Positions 1 to 10,380 of a DNA stretch of 64,000 nucleotides are shown piece by piece. The translations under genes and the position numbers were made by a program. How positions within the stretch are numbered: the first letter of the stretch is position 1; each line of letters starts with the position of its first letter. The notes below the pieces were generated by a model that worked only from the letters and a program-made list of their open reading frames with translations, was not told the origin of the DNA and ran no database searches. Source of the stretch: Planctomycetota bacterium (GTDB taxonomy: Bacteria > Planctomycetota > UBA1135 > UBA2386); the NCBI GenBank assembly GCA_965228735.1, contig OZ245838.1, positions 6,784,001 through 6,848,000 on the forward strand, written 5' to 3'.

Positions 1-599
1 GCGCGGCGCTTGAGCTGGTCGTTCTCCTGCGCGTAGAGCGAGTACTGCATCACCGTCACGGCGCGCTGGAAGTGATCGATCGCGCGGCCGTAGGCCTTGG
101 TCTCGAGCATCGCTTCGCCGAGCTGCAGCTCCTTCTCCACGAGGGCGCGCTCACGCTCGAGGCGCACGCGATCCATGATGATCGCTTCGTCGAGCGCGTT
201 GCCGACGCGGACGCCGGTGCCGGCATCGCCGAGGATGTCGTTGCAGCGGCGCAGGATGTCGCGGGCCTCTTCGTTGTTGTTGTCGAGCTCGAGCGCGTAG
301 GCCGCCTCGTTGCGGGCGTCTTCGAAGAGCCGCAGCTCGAACGAACGGCGCGCACTCTCGACCGCCTTCTGCGCCTGCACCTGCGCGCGGCCCTGGCCCT
401 GACCTTGCGGGTCTTGCGGGGTCGCCGCGGCCGAGGTCATGGCACTGGTGTCGGCCGAATCGTCAGCCGGTTCGGTGAGGGCGGTGGCGTCGTTGTCGTT
501 CGGCGTGAGGCCGCCGAAGTGCGCCGGCGAACCGGAGCACGCTGCCAGGGCGAGCAGCGCGAGGAAGCCATTCGAGCGCAGGGTCTGAACCTTGATCAT
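1..599 (-). CDS. Lipoprotein with TPR-like helices, N-terminal part only (runs off left edge); possibly the N-terminus of a secretin-like envelope protein
   Basis: Not in the ORF track because it is truncated. Manual translation from ATG at 599: MIKVQTLRSNGFLALLALAACSGSPAHFGG...ARNEAAYALELDNNNEEARDILRR...KAYGRAIDHFQRAV, with lipobox LAAC and TPR-like motifs. Secretin identity is a guess. Confidence 0.6.
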   Translation of the reverse strand, partial: MIKVQTLRSNGFLALLALAACSGSPAHFGGLTPNDNDATALTEPADDSADTSAMTSAAATPQDPQGQGQGRAQVQAQKAVESARRSFELRLFEDARNEAAYALELDNNNEEARDILRRCNDILGDAGTGVRVGNALDEAIIMDRVRLERERALVEKELQLGEAMLETKAYGRAIDHFQRAVTVMQYSLYAQENDQLKRR

Positions 600-946
600 G
601 CTGAATGCCTGCAATGAGGACGTACAGGGAGAGGGGGTGCGGCTGGGCGGTGCCGCGCGAGACCGACTCGACGCGGGTGCGACGACGACGGCGCGAGAGG
701 GAAAAGAACGAGTCGTCAGCGACACATCGGGACGTCGTCCTGCATGCCACAGGACCGGCGTGCTCGAGAGGCAGAGCTGGCGACACGGGATCCGGACGAT
801 CCCGTAGATGACTCGCCGGGAGGGGAGAGTGGGCGGGACGGTAGCCAGCCCGGAAGGGGTGGTCAAGGTTGCTTTCGCCCGCTGGCGCCGGATCTTGCGG
901 CGGGCTCGCGGCCCGGGTGGGGCCCGCCTGGCGACCCGCGGTGGCG

Positions 947-1771
947 CTACTTCGGCGGCACTTCCGGTCGGCCGAGTATGCGATTCACGCGCTTGATGTC
1001 CTCCCAGGTCTCGCGCTTCCGCGACGGCTCGCGCAGGAGGTATGCCGGATGCCAGGTCACGACGACCGGCACCCCGCGGTAGTCGAGTTCCTGACCGCGC
1101 AAGCGGGTGGCCGATTCCTTGCGGCCGAGGAGGTTTTGCGCGGCGATCCGGCCGAGGCAGACGATCGCCTGCGGGCGGACGAGCTCGACCTGTTCTTGCA
1201 GATACGGCAGGCAGGCTGCGACTTCGTCAGGCTGGGGCTCGCGATTGTTCGGTGGACGGCATTTGTTGATGTTCGCGATGTAGACCTCGTCGCGGCCGAA
1301 CCCCATCGCATTGGCGATGATCTTGTCGAGCAGCTGACCGGCCGCGCCGACGAACGGCCGCCCCGTGCGGTCCTCGTTCGCGCCCGGCGCCTCGCCGACG
1401 AACATCACGGGCGCGCCGATCGCGCCTTCGCCGAAGACCACGTTGGTGCGGTGCTCGCACAGCTTGCACTGCTCGCACGAAAGCGCCCGGGTCTTGAGCG
1501 CGGCGAGCGGATCGGCGGTTGCGGGAGACGGGTCGGCGGTGGGGGCGGGGGCGCTGGTCGGGTTCGCCGCTGCGACCGGTGGCGACTTGCGCGAGCTCGC
1601 CGGTCGCGGCGCGGTGGCCGGCGATGCCGCGGCAGGTTGCCCGACTTGCGCCGCCGGTTGCCGGGCCGGCGCCGCCGGTGCGGCTCGCTGCACGGGCAGC
1701 GTGAGTTCGCTGCCGTAGGCCTGCTGCAACCGTTCGAGGTGGAGCGTCAGGTGATCGCGGTGGACCGCCAT
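947..1771 (-). CDS. udg: Uracil-DNA glycosylase family 4
   Basis: CEQCKL Fe-S motif, VFGEG, VGEAPGANED, PFVGAAGQLL, NINKCRPPNNR and HPAYLLR motifs; start taken at ATG 1771. Confidence 0.93.
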   Translation of the reverse strand: MAVHRDHLTLHLERLQQAYGSELTLPVQRAAPAAPARQPAAQVGQPAAASPATAPRPASSRKSPPVAAANPTSAPAPTADPSPATADPLAALKTRALSCEQCKLCEHRTNVVFGEGAIGAPVMFVGEAPGANEDRTGRPFVGAAGQLLDKIIANAMGFGRDEVYIANINKCRPPNNREPQPDEVAACLPYLQEQVELVRPQAIVCLGRIAAQNLLGRKESATRLRGQELDYRGVPVVVTWHPAYLLREPSRKRETWEDIKRVNRILGRPEVPPK

Positions 1772-1846
1772 GGTCCCCGTTGTAGCGGTCGGTGGCGCAA
1801 CGACGGTCGAAATACTGCGCTTGCCCCGGGGTATCTTGCACCTGCC

Positions 1847-3091
1847 ATGGCCGCTCCCCTCATGTCCGCTCGCCGTTCTCTCATCGCGCCTGCCGCCGCC
1901 GGTCTCGCGCTCGTGCTCGCCATCCCGAGCTGCTCGGTCGGCTCGAGCTCGATGCGCGCGACGTTCGCCGATCCCGAGCTCGGCCAGGTCTACATGCGCA
2001 CGCTCGATTCGCACCGGATCGCGGTCGCGTTCTATCGCGACGGTCGGCTCGACGGCGCGGCGCGCGCGTACCGGCTCGCGGATCACAGCTGGGCCAGCGA
2101 CTGGCTGCAGTCCCGCGAAGCGGTCGATCCACCGGAGCTGCCCGTCTGGCGCCAGACGCTCGGTCGGATGCAGCGACTCGCGGACGCGCGCGGGGCGGAT
2201 CCGCGCGAGCTGCTGCGGCTGGCCGGCGACCAGCCGTTCTCCGACGCGCGGCGCGATTGCGTGCTGGCCTGGGTCGACCACGATCCGGAACGTGCGGCGA
2301 CGATCGTCGACGACATCGATGCGGCCGGGGTCGGTCGTGCGACGGGCACCGAGCTCGTCGAGCTCGCGCTGCGGGCGCCGCAGGGCGACGCGCGACTGAG
2401 CCGTTGGATGGCGGCGCTCGCCGCGGGCAACGATCGCGACGGGTGCAAGCTCGTCATCGCGGCGCCGGGCGCCGGGCCGGAGACCGCGCGCACGACGTTG
2501 CGCGAGCTCGACGAGTTCTCGAGTTCGGTGCGGGCCGTGCTGTTCGAGGCGGCTGTTCCGCGGCTCGCGGCGCCGCTGTCGCATGCGGATCGCGACCTGC
2601 TCGTGCGGGCCGTCGACCGGCTGCCGAGCAGCGCCGAGGCGCCCGCAATCCTGCGCGTGTTCGAAACTCCGGCCATGGCCGACGCCGCCCTCGGGCGCGC
2701 CGTGCTGGGCGCGATCGAGGACTTTCGGAGTTCGGACCGGCTCGACGTGATGCTCGCGGCGGCCCGGTGCGCGCGCGGCGACCGCGCCGGGGCCGATGCG
2801 ATCGGTGACGCGATCGACGAGCTGCCGAGCCGCGACCGCTGGCCGGGGGCGGCGGTGCTGCTCGAAGAAGGCGCGGACTCCGAGCTCGTCGTCGCGCTGC
2901 TGCGCGCGGCGCACACGCTGCCGACGCGGGACCGCGCGAGCCTCGTCGAGGCCGCGCTGCGGCAGGCGCACTGGGACGATCGCATCGCGGTCGCGGCGCA
3001 GGCGGCGGTGGCCGACGTGTCCGGGCGTGATCGGCGCAACGAATTGCGGCAGGCCGTCGAGGCGCGCGCGAGTCGCAGCGGACGGCAATAG
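1847..3091 (+). CDS. Hypothetical lipoprotein with alpha-helical repeats
   Basis: Signal peptide ending IPSC; repeated (D/E)(F/L)xSS.R units; GC-rich third codon positions. Confidence 0.6.
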   Translation: MAAPLMSARRSLIAPAAAGLALVLAIPSCSVGSSSMRATFADPELGQVYMRTLDSHRIAVAFYRDGRLDGAARAYRLADHSWASDWLQSREAVDPPELPVWRQTLGRMQRLADARGADPRELLRLAGDQPFSDARRDCVLAWVDHDPERAATIVDDIDAAGVGRATGTELVELALRAPQGDARLSRWMAALAAGNDRDGCKLVIAAPGAGPETARTTLRELDEFSSSVRAVLFEAAVPRLAAPLSHADRDLLVRAVDRLPSSAEAPAILRVFETPAMADAALGRAVLGAIEDFRSSDRLDVMLAAARCARGDRAGADAIGDAIDELPSRDRWPGAAVLLEEGADSELVVALLRAAHTLPTRDRASLVEAALRQAHWDDRIAVAAQAAVADVSGRDRRNELRQAVEARASRSGRQ

Positions 3092-3119
3092 CGCGCCGCG
3101 TCGAGGTAAGATCGCGGGC

Positions 3120-4685
3120 ATGGGAAGCTGCCTCCACTCCGCCTCGTTCGCCATCACGGCCCTCATCGCGGCCCCGCTCGCCGCGCAATCGGTGCTCGTC
3201 GGCCCGAGCGTGCTCGATCTGCAGCGGTCGTACCACGTCGGCATCTACGAGCTGAAGATCGAGGTGCCGTCGGGCGCGCTGCGCGTCGTCGCCGAGCACG
3301 GCGACCTCGACTTCACGGCCGCCGGCACCATGACGGGGTCGCTCGACATCTGGGAGTGGAACGCCCAGGGCGGCACGTTCACGCCCAACGAGATGATCGC
3401 GGGCAACTACGGCGTCGGACCGTCCGGGATGATCGAGGTCGATCTCGACCCGAGCAACCCCGGCACCGACGTCCTGCAGATGTTCATCGCCCCCGACGGT
3501 GACGTGATGCACATCAGCCGCTACGACCTCGACCCCGAGGCGTTCGGCATCTTCGCCGTCGCGAAGTCGACGGGGCAGTCCAACGCGTCGATGAACGGCG
3601 ACTACAACTTCTACGGCCAGGGCATCTCGATCGCCGGTGGGGTGGTCGAGACCTACGCGGACTGGGGGGTCGCGACGTTCGACGGCGCGGGCAACGCGAC
3701 GATCAACGGCACGTCGATGGAGGTGGCGAGCAACGGCACCGTCACGACGGGCACGAACACGGGCACGGTGCCCTACGCGGTCGCGCCGGACGGCGAGCTC
3801 GTGCTCGACGGCATTCCGGGCGGGCTGTCGCCGACGGGGGAACTGCTGTTCCTCGCGGATGGCTCGACGACGAATCCCGAGGTGGGGCTCGTTCTCGGGG
3901 TGCGCGTCGGCGGCAACTACGACCTCAACGATCTCGCGGGCAAGTACAGCCTGACCGGGATGAGCGTCGAACTCGGCACGTCGCCGTCGCAGCCGTTGAC
4001 GGTCACCGACGTCGGCGAACTCGTGATCACGGCGTCGAGTCCGACGAGCGGCACGTGGTCGGCGGAGGGGATCACCGTCGACGGCAATGCGTTCGGACTG
4101 TCGTTCGGCACCCTTTCCGCGAGCGGCCCGGTGCAGCTCGCACCGAACGGCGTCGCGACGCTGAGCTTCCCCACGACCGGCTTCATCGAACTCGCGTTCT
4201 CCGACTCGGGGCGCTACGCCGCCGGTCGCATCGACGGCAACGACACCAACCTGTTCTTCGCCGTGCGGTCGTGCCCGTGCGAACCGTTCGGCACCGACAC
4301 GGCGGGCAGCGGCGGCATCGCGCCGGAGCTCGGCATGCGCACGTTCCCGACGCTCGGCAACAGCAACTGGAGCTTCGCGATCGATCGCGGTCTCGGCTCG
4401 GCGCCGGCCATCCTGCCGATCGCGTTCGCGGGTTCGCCGGCCGGCCTGCCGCTGTCGGGCGGTCTGCTCTGGCTCGACCCGACCCGGGTCGCGGCCAACC
4501 CGTTCGTGGTGCTCTCCGGCCCGGCCGGCGTCCCCGGTGCCGGCGCGGTCGACGTCACGATCGCGATCCCCGCGACCCCGAGCTTCGAAGGCGTCGACCT
4601 CTTCGCCCAGGCCCTCGTCCTCGATCCCGGCGCCCCCCAGACCGTCAGCTTCAGCCGCGCCCTGGCCGTCGAGTTCTGCCGCTGA
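3120..4685 (+). CDS. Secreted beta-rich hypothetical protein with a conserved C-terminal domain
   Basis: Signal peptide ending PLAAQ; Gly/Thr/Ser-rich body; C-terminal FG...P.LG...IP.TP...G...FAQ domain similar to 23602-24108. Confidence 0.75.
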   Translation: MGSCLHSASFAITALIAAPLAAQSVLVGPSVLDLQRSYHVGIYELKIEVPSGALRVVAEHGDLDFTAAGTMTGSLDIWEWNAQGGTFTPNEMIAGNYGVGPSGMIEVDLDPSNPGTDVLQMFIAPDGDVMHISRYDLDPEAFGIFAVAKSTGQSNASMNGDYNFYGQGISIAGGVVETYADWGVATFDGAGNATINGTSMEVASNGTVTTGTNTGTVPYAVAPDGELVLDGIPGGLSPTGELLFLADGSTTNPEVGLVLGVRVGGNYDLNDLAGKYSLTGMSVELGTSPSQPLTVTDVGELVITASSPTSGTWSAEGITVDGNAFGLSFGTLSASGPVQLAPNGVATLSFPTTGFIELAFSDSGRYAAGRIDGNDTNLFFAVRSCPCEPFGTDTAGSGGIAPELGMRTFPTLGNSNWSFAIDRGLGSAPAILPIAFAGSPAGLPLSGGLLWLDPTRVAANPFVVLSGPAGVPGAGAVDVTIAIPATPSFEGVDLFAQALVLDPGAPQTVSFSRALAVEFCR

Positions 4686-4802
4686 AGTGTGCCGTACGGT
4701 ACCTGGTTCAAACCGCAAGGTTGCCCGCGGCCCCCCGCCGGAGGCGGGGGGCCGCGGGCAACCTTGCGGTTTGAACCAGGTACCGTACGGCACACTTCAG
4801 CG
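4680..4802. repeat. Perfect inverted repeat, 60-bp arms with a 3-nt loop (repeat family A)
   Basis: 4680-4739 is the exact reverse complement of 4743-4802; loop GGA; contains the stop codon of the upstream gene. Confidence 0.97.
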
Positions 4803-4822
4803 CCGGTTGGGGGCGGCCTCGC

Positions 4823-4855
4823 GTGGCGGATTTGAAACGGGTTCGGTACCGCCAC
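4823..4855. repeat. REP-like 33-nt repeat (family B), copy 1
   Basis: GTGGCGGATTTGAAACGGGTTCGGTACCGCCAC; near-identical to 16353-16385 and 56700-56732; terminal 7-bp inverted repeat GTGGCGG/CCGCCAC. Confidence 0.92.
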
Positions 4856-4880
4856 CGGTTACGCTGCGGGCCCCTCTGAT

Positions 4881-7745
4881 ATGAACGATACGCCGGACAC
4901 TGTCGCGGCCGGCGCCCCGGTATGGCCGTTGTGGCTCTCGCTCGGTGCGCTGCTCGGGCTCGCGTTGATCGTCTTCCTGCCGGCTGCGCTCGACGCGCGG
5001 TTCGTCAACCTGGACGATCCGTTCTTCTTCGGGCCGACGTCCGTGTTTCGCACGGGTGGTCTCGCGATCGCGCTCGAGCAACCCATCGCCAACGCGTACC
5101 TGCCGGTCGCGCACGGTTCGCTGTGGTTCGACTACTGGCTGTTCGCGAACGCGCCGACCGGCCCGCACGTCGTCGCCGTGCTGCTGCACGGGCTCGTCGG
5201 TGTCGTGCTCGCGCGACTGTTCGGCGCGCTCTCGGTTCGGCCCGTGCCGGCCCACCTCGCCGCCGCCCTGTTCGTCGTGCATCCCGCGCTCGCCGAGTCG
5301 GTGACGTGGGTGTCGGGGCGGAAGGATCTGCTCGCTGGTCTGTTCGGCTTCCTCGCGCTGCTCTTCGTCGTGCGCCACGCGCAGCGGGGTGGCGGCTGGC
5401 GGTTGCTCGTCGTCGCGGTGTGCACCGCGCTCGCGATGTACTCGAAGGCGACGGCGGTCGTGTTGCCGCTGCTCGCGGTCTTGTTCACCTGGGTCACGGC
5501 GACCGGCCCGCGTCGCTTCCTCGCGCCCGCGCTGATGCTCGTCGTCGTGCTGCCGATCGCGCTGCATCACCAGAGCATCGCGGCGGCCGAGGGGACGCTC
5601 GCGAGCGGCAGCTTCGGCGAACGCGCGCAGCAGGTGCCCGGCGCCTTCGCGCACTATCTGCTCACCGCGATCTGGCCGCTGCACCTCAACGTGCTCTACC
5701 CCGAGATCCAGACGCTCGAACTCTTCGTCGAACGGCTCTGGCTCGGTCTGCTCACGGTCGTCGCGGTGCTCGTTGGCGCTGTCGTGCTGCTGCTCGCGAA
5801 GGGTCGGGCGTCGAGGCTCGTGGGCATCGGCCTGCTCGCGTTCGCGGTCGCGCTGCTGCCGTTCAACACGGCCTGGCCGGCGTCGTCGATCGCGGCGGCG
5901 GATCGATACCTGCACCTCGCGCTGCCGGGGCTCGCGCTCGGCTTCGCCCTGCTGCTCACCCGCGGCGTCGGCGGCAGCCGAACGCGCCCGATCGGTGCCG
6001 CTGCCATTGCCGTTCTGCTGCTGCCGCTCGGATATCTCGCCCAACAGCGCGCCGACGACTTCACGACGACGGAGAAGCTGTGGCGGAGCAGTCTGGCCGA
6101 GGACCCCGACAACGCGGTCGCGCACTTCAACCTCGCGAGCGAACTCCTCGGCCGTGGCGTCGTCGACGCCGAAGGGCTCATCGCGATCGAGACCGAACTG
6201 CAGGCTGCCGTCGACGCCGCGCGGTATCCGATCCACGAACTGCGGGCTGCGCGTCTGCTCCGGGTCCTCGCACTGCGGCAGGGTGACTACGAAGCCGCGG
6301 CCGAACACGCTCGCACCGCCGTGCGGGCTGCCGGAGAACAGCTCGAACGCGAGGTCACGCCGCAGCGTCGCGAGCAGGCCGAGTCGTTGCTCGTCGAGAC
6401 GCTGCTCGAGTCGTTCGAAGCGCTGCGCCTCGCGGGCTACGACGTCGCGGCGCGGACCAACTGGGTGACCGCGAAGGAACTCGTGCCCGAGCACCCCGAG
6501 GTCGTCGCGTTCGGTTCGTTGCTCGAGCTCGGCACGGCCGTCGAAGAGCTCGTCGGTCGCACGAGCGACGCCGCGGCGGTGACGACGCTGGCGATCGATG
6601 CGGTGCCCGTGCAGGCCGCGATTACCGCGCTCGAGACGGCGCTCACGGCCCACCCGGAACACCCGTCGTTGCTCTTCGCACTCGCCTCGTGGCATCGGGC
6701 GTGCGGCGAGACGCTGCCGGCGTTGCGCTACTACAAGAAGGCCGAGAAGGGTGCCCCCGACCGCGTCGACTCGTTCCGCGAGGCCGCGCGCATGCTGCGC
6801 GAACAGGGCCTCTACACGGAGGCGATCAAGCACGCGCAGAACGGGTTGCAGGGCCGTGAGGACCCGGCTCTGCGGCAGGAGTGGGCGCTGTCGTTGATCG
6901 GTCTCGGCCGACTCGACGAGGCGGTCATGCAGCTCGAGGCCTACCTGCGCGCGCGGCCCACCGACGAGGACACGAAGAAGATCCTCGCGAGCGTGCTCGT
7001 CGGGCGGGCGCTCGTGCGGCTCAACGAGGCCGCGGGCACGGTCGAAGGCCACAAGGAAGCGCTGCGCATCATCGACCAGGTGCTCGAGCTCAACCCCAAC
7101 GAGCAGAAGGCGCACCTCGTACTCGGTCGCATCGCGCGCGAGAACGGTCAGTACCTGCGCGCGGTCCAATACTACGACCGCGCGTACGAGCTGCTGCCGA
7201 CCTACGCCGATGCGCGGCTCGGACTCGCCGAGGCGCTGCGTGATCTCGGCATGGAGCGCATGCTCCGAAAGGACGATCCGGGCGCGGCCGAGGCGTGGCT
7301 GCGCTGCCTCGAGGTCGCGCCGAAGAACTTCGACAAGGCGGCGCTGACCCTGCAGCTCAAGGGGCTGTGGCGGCGCTGTGAGAACCGCGGCATCGAGTTC
7401 CTCAAGGCCGGCGACAAGGACGCCGCGATCGCCGAGTTCCGCCGCTGCCTGCAGGTCGATCCCGAACAGCACTGGATCAGCTGGCTGCTCGCGAACGCGC
7501 TGCGCGACCGCCCCGACGTCGATCTCGCGGAGCTCGAACGGCTCTGCCGCCAAGCCGTCGACTGGCAGCGCAAGCACGAGCTCGACAGCAGTCGCCAGAC
7601 CTACCTGCTCGCCGACACGCTCGCGCGCCGCGGCAACCCGCAGGGCGCGCGCGACCTCGCGCGCGCGTGGCTCGAGGATGATCGCAACGATCGCGAGGCC
7701 GCCGATCCCGCCGCGCTCGGCGCGCTCGAGATCCTCGCGCAGTGA
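4881..7745 (+). CDS. TMTC-like multi-pass glycosyltransferase (GT-C fold) with C-terminal TPR repeats
   Basis: FVNLDD after the first TM helix, HPALAESVTWVSGRKDLL and ADRYLHL motifs, many TM helices, then TPRs. Confidence 0.8.
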   Translation: MNDTPDTVAAGAPVWPLWLSLGALLGLALIVFLPAALDARFVNLDDPFFFGPTSVFRTGGLAIALEQPIANAYLPVAHGSLWFDYWLFANAPTGPHVVAVLLHGLVGVVLARLFGALSVRPVPAHLAAALFVVHPALAESVTWVSGRKDLLAGLFGFLALLFVVRHAQRGGGWRLLVVAVCTALAMYSKATAVVLPLLAVLFTWVTATGPRRFLAPALMLVVVLPIALHHQSIAAAEGTLASGSFGERAQQVPGAFAHYLLTAIWPLHLNVLYPEIQTLELFVERLWLGLLTVVAVLVGAVVLLLAKGRASRLVGIGLLAFAVALLPFNTAWPASSIAAADRYLHLALPGLALGFALLLTRGVGGSRTRPIGAAAIAVLLLPLGYLAQQRADDFTTTEKLWRSSLAEDPDNAVAHFNLASELLGRGVVDAEGLIAIETELQAAVDAARYPIHELRAARLLRVLALRQGDYEAAAEHARTAVRAAGEQLEREVTPQRREQAESLLVETLLESFEALRLAGYDVAARTNWVTAKELVPEHPEVVAFGSLLELGTAVEELVGRTSDAAAVTTLAIDAVPVQAAITALETALTAHPEHPSLLFALASWHRACGETLPALRYYKKAEKGAPDRVDSFREAARMLREQGLYTEAIKHAQNGLQGREDPALRQEWALSLIGLGRLDEAVMQLEAYLRARPTDEDTKKILASVLVGRALVRLNEAAGTVEGHKEALRIIDQVLELNPNEQKAHLVLGRIARENGQYLRAVQYYDRAYELLPTYADARLGLAEALRDLGMERMLRKDDPGAAEAWLRCLEVAPKNFDKAALTLQLKGLWRRCENRGIEFLKAGDKDAAIAEFRRCLQVDPEQHWISWLLANALRDRPDVDLAELERLCRQAVDWQRKHELDSSRQTYLLADTLARRGNPQGARDLARAWLEDDRNDREAADPAALGALEILAQ

Positions 7746-7749
7746 CGGG

Positions 7750-9075
7750 ATGAAGCGGTCGCGTGCATGGCTCGGCGCCTCCGCGGTCGCGGTCGGGTCG
7801 AGCCTCGGTCTCGCGTGGTGGCTCACGCGGCCCGTGCCCGAGCTGCGCTGCATCGTCGAATGGGAGAGCTCAGGCGCTCCCGTCGACGGTGATGCCACGT
7901 TGTTCTGGCGCTGCACTCATCCCGAGCCGGAGGAGCACGAACAACGGATTCACCTGCAGAACGGCACGGCGACGGTCGCGATCCCGTTCGCATCGCCGCC
8001 CGCGTTCCACCGCGCCGAGCTGCGGCTCGGTCGGCTCGAGGTTCGCGGTGGGCCGGCCATCGGAACGGACTGGCTGTCGGCGAGCGAACTGCCGCGCATG
8101 ACGTTCACGATCCGGCGAGGCGACCCGGGCTCGCACGCCGAACTCGCAGCCGAGCTGACGCGACTCCGCGGGCTCGCGGACGACCTGCGCGGCGGTCGGA
8201 CCCGATCGCTGTCGCCCGCCGAACGCGACCTGGTCCTGCAGTTCGGCCGGCGTTTCCACCTCGAGAGCGCCATTGACACGAGCGCGGACGAGCTCGTCGC
8301 CGCTGTGCTGGTCGCCGGTCAGGTCAACCCGCAGACGCGCGTGCGCATCGACAACGGCATCGTCCGCGAAGCGCTGGAGCGCAGCTCCGAGAGTCGTCGC
8401 CTCGACGTCGCTCGCGCGCTCGTCCACCTCGCGAACGCCGACTGGCAGACGAACGTCGGCATGGGTGACTTCGTGCGCAACCGCGACCCTGGCCTCGCCG
8501 GCCCGTTCGCCGATGTCATGACCGAGTGGGGCGTCCGGGCCAACAACTCGACGCTCGACTACGGCGGTTTGCTGCAGGACGCGGACTCCGCATGGCAGCG
8601 GTTTCAGCGCAACGCTGCGCGCCCGTCGCTGCGAGCGCACATCCTGCAGTGGGCGCGCCATCGCGGCATCGAGTGGGGCGCCGACGCGGTGCGCGTACTC
8701 GTGGAGCTCTACGTCGAGGGCCTCGATCGCCGGCAGGTCGCGCCCCCAATCACGGTCGACAACCGCACCGTCGAAGGCCGCGTCCACGGCCTGCAGTTCG
8801 AACTCGCGCGCACGCTCGCCGAACACGCCGCGACGTTGCCCGAGTCTGCGCGCGCGGCGCTCGCGACCGACCTGCAACTCGCGCAGCACATCGGTCCGCT
8901 GACGTCGATCGCGACGGTCCGCCCGTTCCTCCCGCAGGACATCGACCTCTCGGACCTCGCGACCCGCTATTGGCAGTCGGACGACCAGCGCGCGCGACGC
9001 GCGATCGAAGCGCTCGCACTGAGCGGCGTCCCGAAGATCGTCGCCACGCTCGCTCCCGGTCTGCGCGAGCTCTGA
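7750..9075 (+). CDS. Hypothetical membrane-anchored protein
   Basis: ATG 4 nt after the upstream stop; N-terminal hydrophobic anchor; no recognisable family. Confidence 0.6.
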   Translation: MKRSRAWLGASAVAVGSSLGLAWWLTRPVPELRCIVEWESSGAPVDGDATLFWRCTHPEPEEHEQRIHLQNGTATVAIPFASPPAFHRAELRLGRLEVRGGPAIGTDWLSASELPRMTFTIRRGDPGSHAELAAELTRLRGLADDLRGGRTRSLSPAERDLVLQFGRRFHLESAIDTSADELVAAVLVAGQVNPQTRVRIDNGIVREALERSSESRRLDVARALVHLANADWQTNVGMGDFVRNRDPGLAGPFADVMTEWGVRANNSTLDYGGLLQDADSAWQRFQRNAARPSLRAHILQWARHRGIEWGADAVRVLVELYVEGLDRRQVAPPITVDNRTVEGRVHGLQFELARTLAEHAATLPESARAALATDLQLAQHIGPLTSIATVRPFLPQDIDLSDLATRYWQSDDQRARRAIEALALSGVPKIVATLAPGLREL

Positions 9076-9259
9076 CCAGCCGGGCCGACGTTCCCACGGC
9101 GTCGTTGCGCCACGGCGTGCGAGTTGTTACCTTCTCTCCACTGTCGCCGGTCAGCGGCAGCGCGCGCCTCTCGGCGGCCGGTCAGCCTCCCGTCGCGCGC
9201 CTCAATCGGTCAGCACAAGTCTCGTTCCGGCGTCCCGATGGCGACGCGGGGGGTAATTC

Positions 9260-9919
9260 GTGGCACGTAAGGCAAGTGACATGGTGATGCTGTTGCGTTC
9301 GCGCGGCAGCGGGGGGCGGCGCAAGAAGTCCAGCGGGCTGCTCGGCAAGGTCGGCGGCGCGATCGGACAACTGCTCGGCGGCTCCAAGTCGCGCAGCTCG
9401 AGCCGCAGCGTTCGCGGCGGTTCGGGCGGGCTCGCCGCGATGGTGCCCGGCTGGATCGCGATCGGCCTGGCGCTGCTCTGCTTCGGCTCCGGCTACGTCG
9501 TCCGCGGCTACGTGGCGCCGCCCGCGCCGGCGGACGGGGGCGCGGGCCTGCAGGCCAATTCGCGCGGCGAAGGCAACCCGGTGGCGCCGGGCGTGATCGA
9601 GGTCGACACCGCGCCGCTCGCCAACCAGGCGTTCTTCGTCGCGGCCTACGACCAGCTGGGGCCCGAAGAAGCCAAGTCGCGGGCCGTCGCGCTGAGCCGC
9701 TGGCTGCGGGACATGGGACTAGAAAAGGCCAAGCCCTACCGCTTCACGTCGGACAAGGGCACGTTCTGGTTCGTCGTCGTCTACTACTACGGTCAGCGCG
9801 AATACCAGGACACCCGCCAGCAGCTGTTGAACCTGCCGCAGGACCCGCCGGATCCGGTGTTCGTCGCGGTGAGGCAGAACGAACCCAACTGGCCGCCGCC
9901 GTTCGACATCCAGCGCTGA
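9260..9919 (+). CDS. Hypothetical single-pass membrane protein (basic/Gly-rich N-terminus, possible SPOR-like C-terminal domain)
   Basis: TM segment WIAIGLALLCFGSGYVV; the SPOR-like pattern is tentative. Confidence 0.6.
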   Translation: MARKASDMVMLLRSRGSGGRRKKSSGLLGKVGGAIGQLLGGSKSRSSSRSVRGGSGGLAAMVPGWIAIGLALLCFGSGYVVRGYVAPPAPADGGAGLQANSRGEGNPVAPGVIEVDTAPLANQAFFVAAYDQLGPEEAKSRAVALSRWLRDMGLEKAKPYRFTSDKGTFWFVVVYYYGQREYQDTRQQLLNLPQDPPDPVFVAVRQNEPNWPPPFDIQR

Positions 9920-10112
9920 ACCGCAGTGCCGCCGGTGGCCCCCGACCCGGCGGTCTTTTCAGGTTTGGGGCGTTTCGGGGTGGCCGGGGTCGGGCTCGAT
10001 CCGCTAGACTCCTCGCCCCATTTTCCGCCTCGCGGGGGATGGCTCTGGTTCCATCGATCGCGGCCGGCGGGTCGCGGCCAGAGCTGCTCCAGCGGGCCGG
10101 CACGAGGACATC

Positions 10113-10319
10113 ATGACGATTCACAGAAGCTTGCAGCTCTCCGGCGCCTCCGCGGGCCAGCGCAACGTGTGGACCCGCGTCGAGCGGCTCGCCGCGCTCA
10201 AGAAGCTCGGCGAATGGAGCGAAGGCGACGCGGTCGAGGGGTTGCGCAAGGTGCGCACGCGCTTCAAGGCGAAGGGCAAGAAGAAGAAGGCCGCCGCGGC
10301 CGACGACAAGGAGAAGTAG
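10113..10319 (+). CDS. PVC-superphylum small basic (signature) protein
   Basis: MTIHRSL...RNVWTRVERLAALKK.GEW.EGDAVEGLRKVR followed by a Lys-rich tail. Confidence 0.85.
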   Translation: MTIHRSLQLSGASAGQRNVWTRVERLAALKKLGEWSEGDAVEGLRKVRTRFKAKGKKKKAAAADDKEK

Positions 10320-10380
10320 CGGCCCTCGATCGGGGCCTCGTCGCGACGGCGGGCCCGTTCCGTTCCCCCGTCCGACTGTC

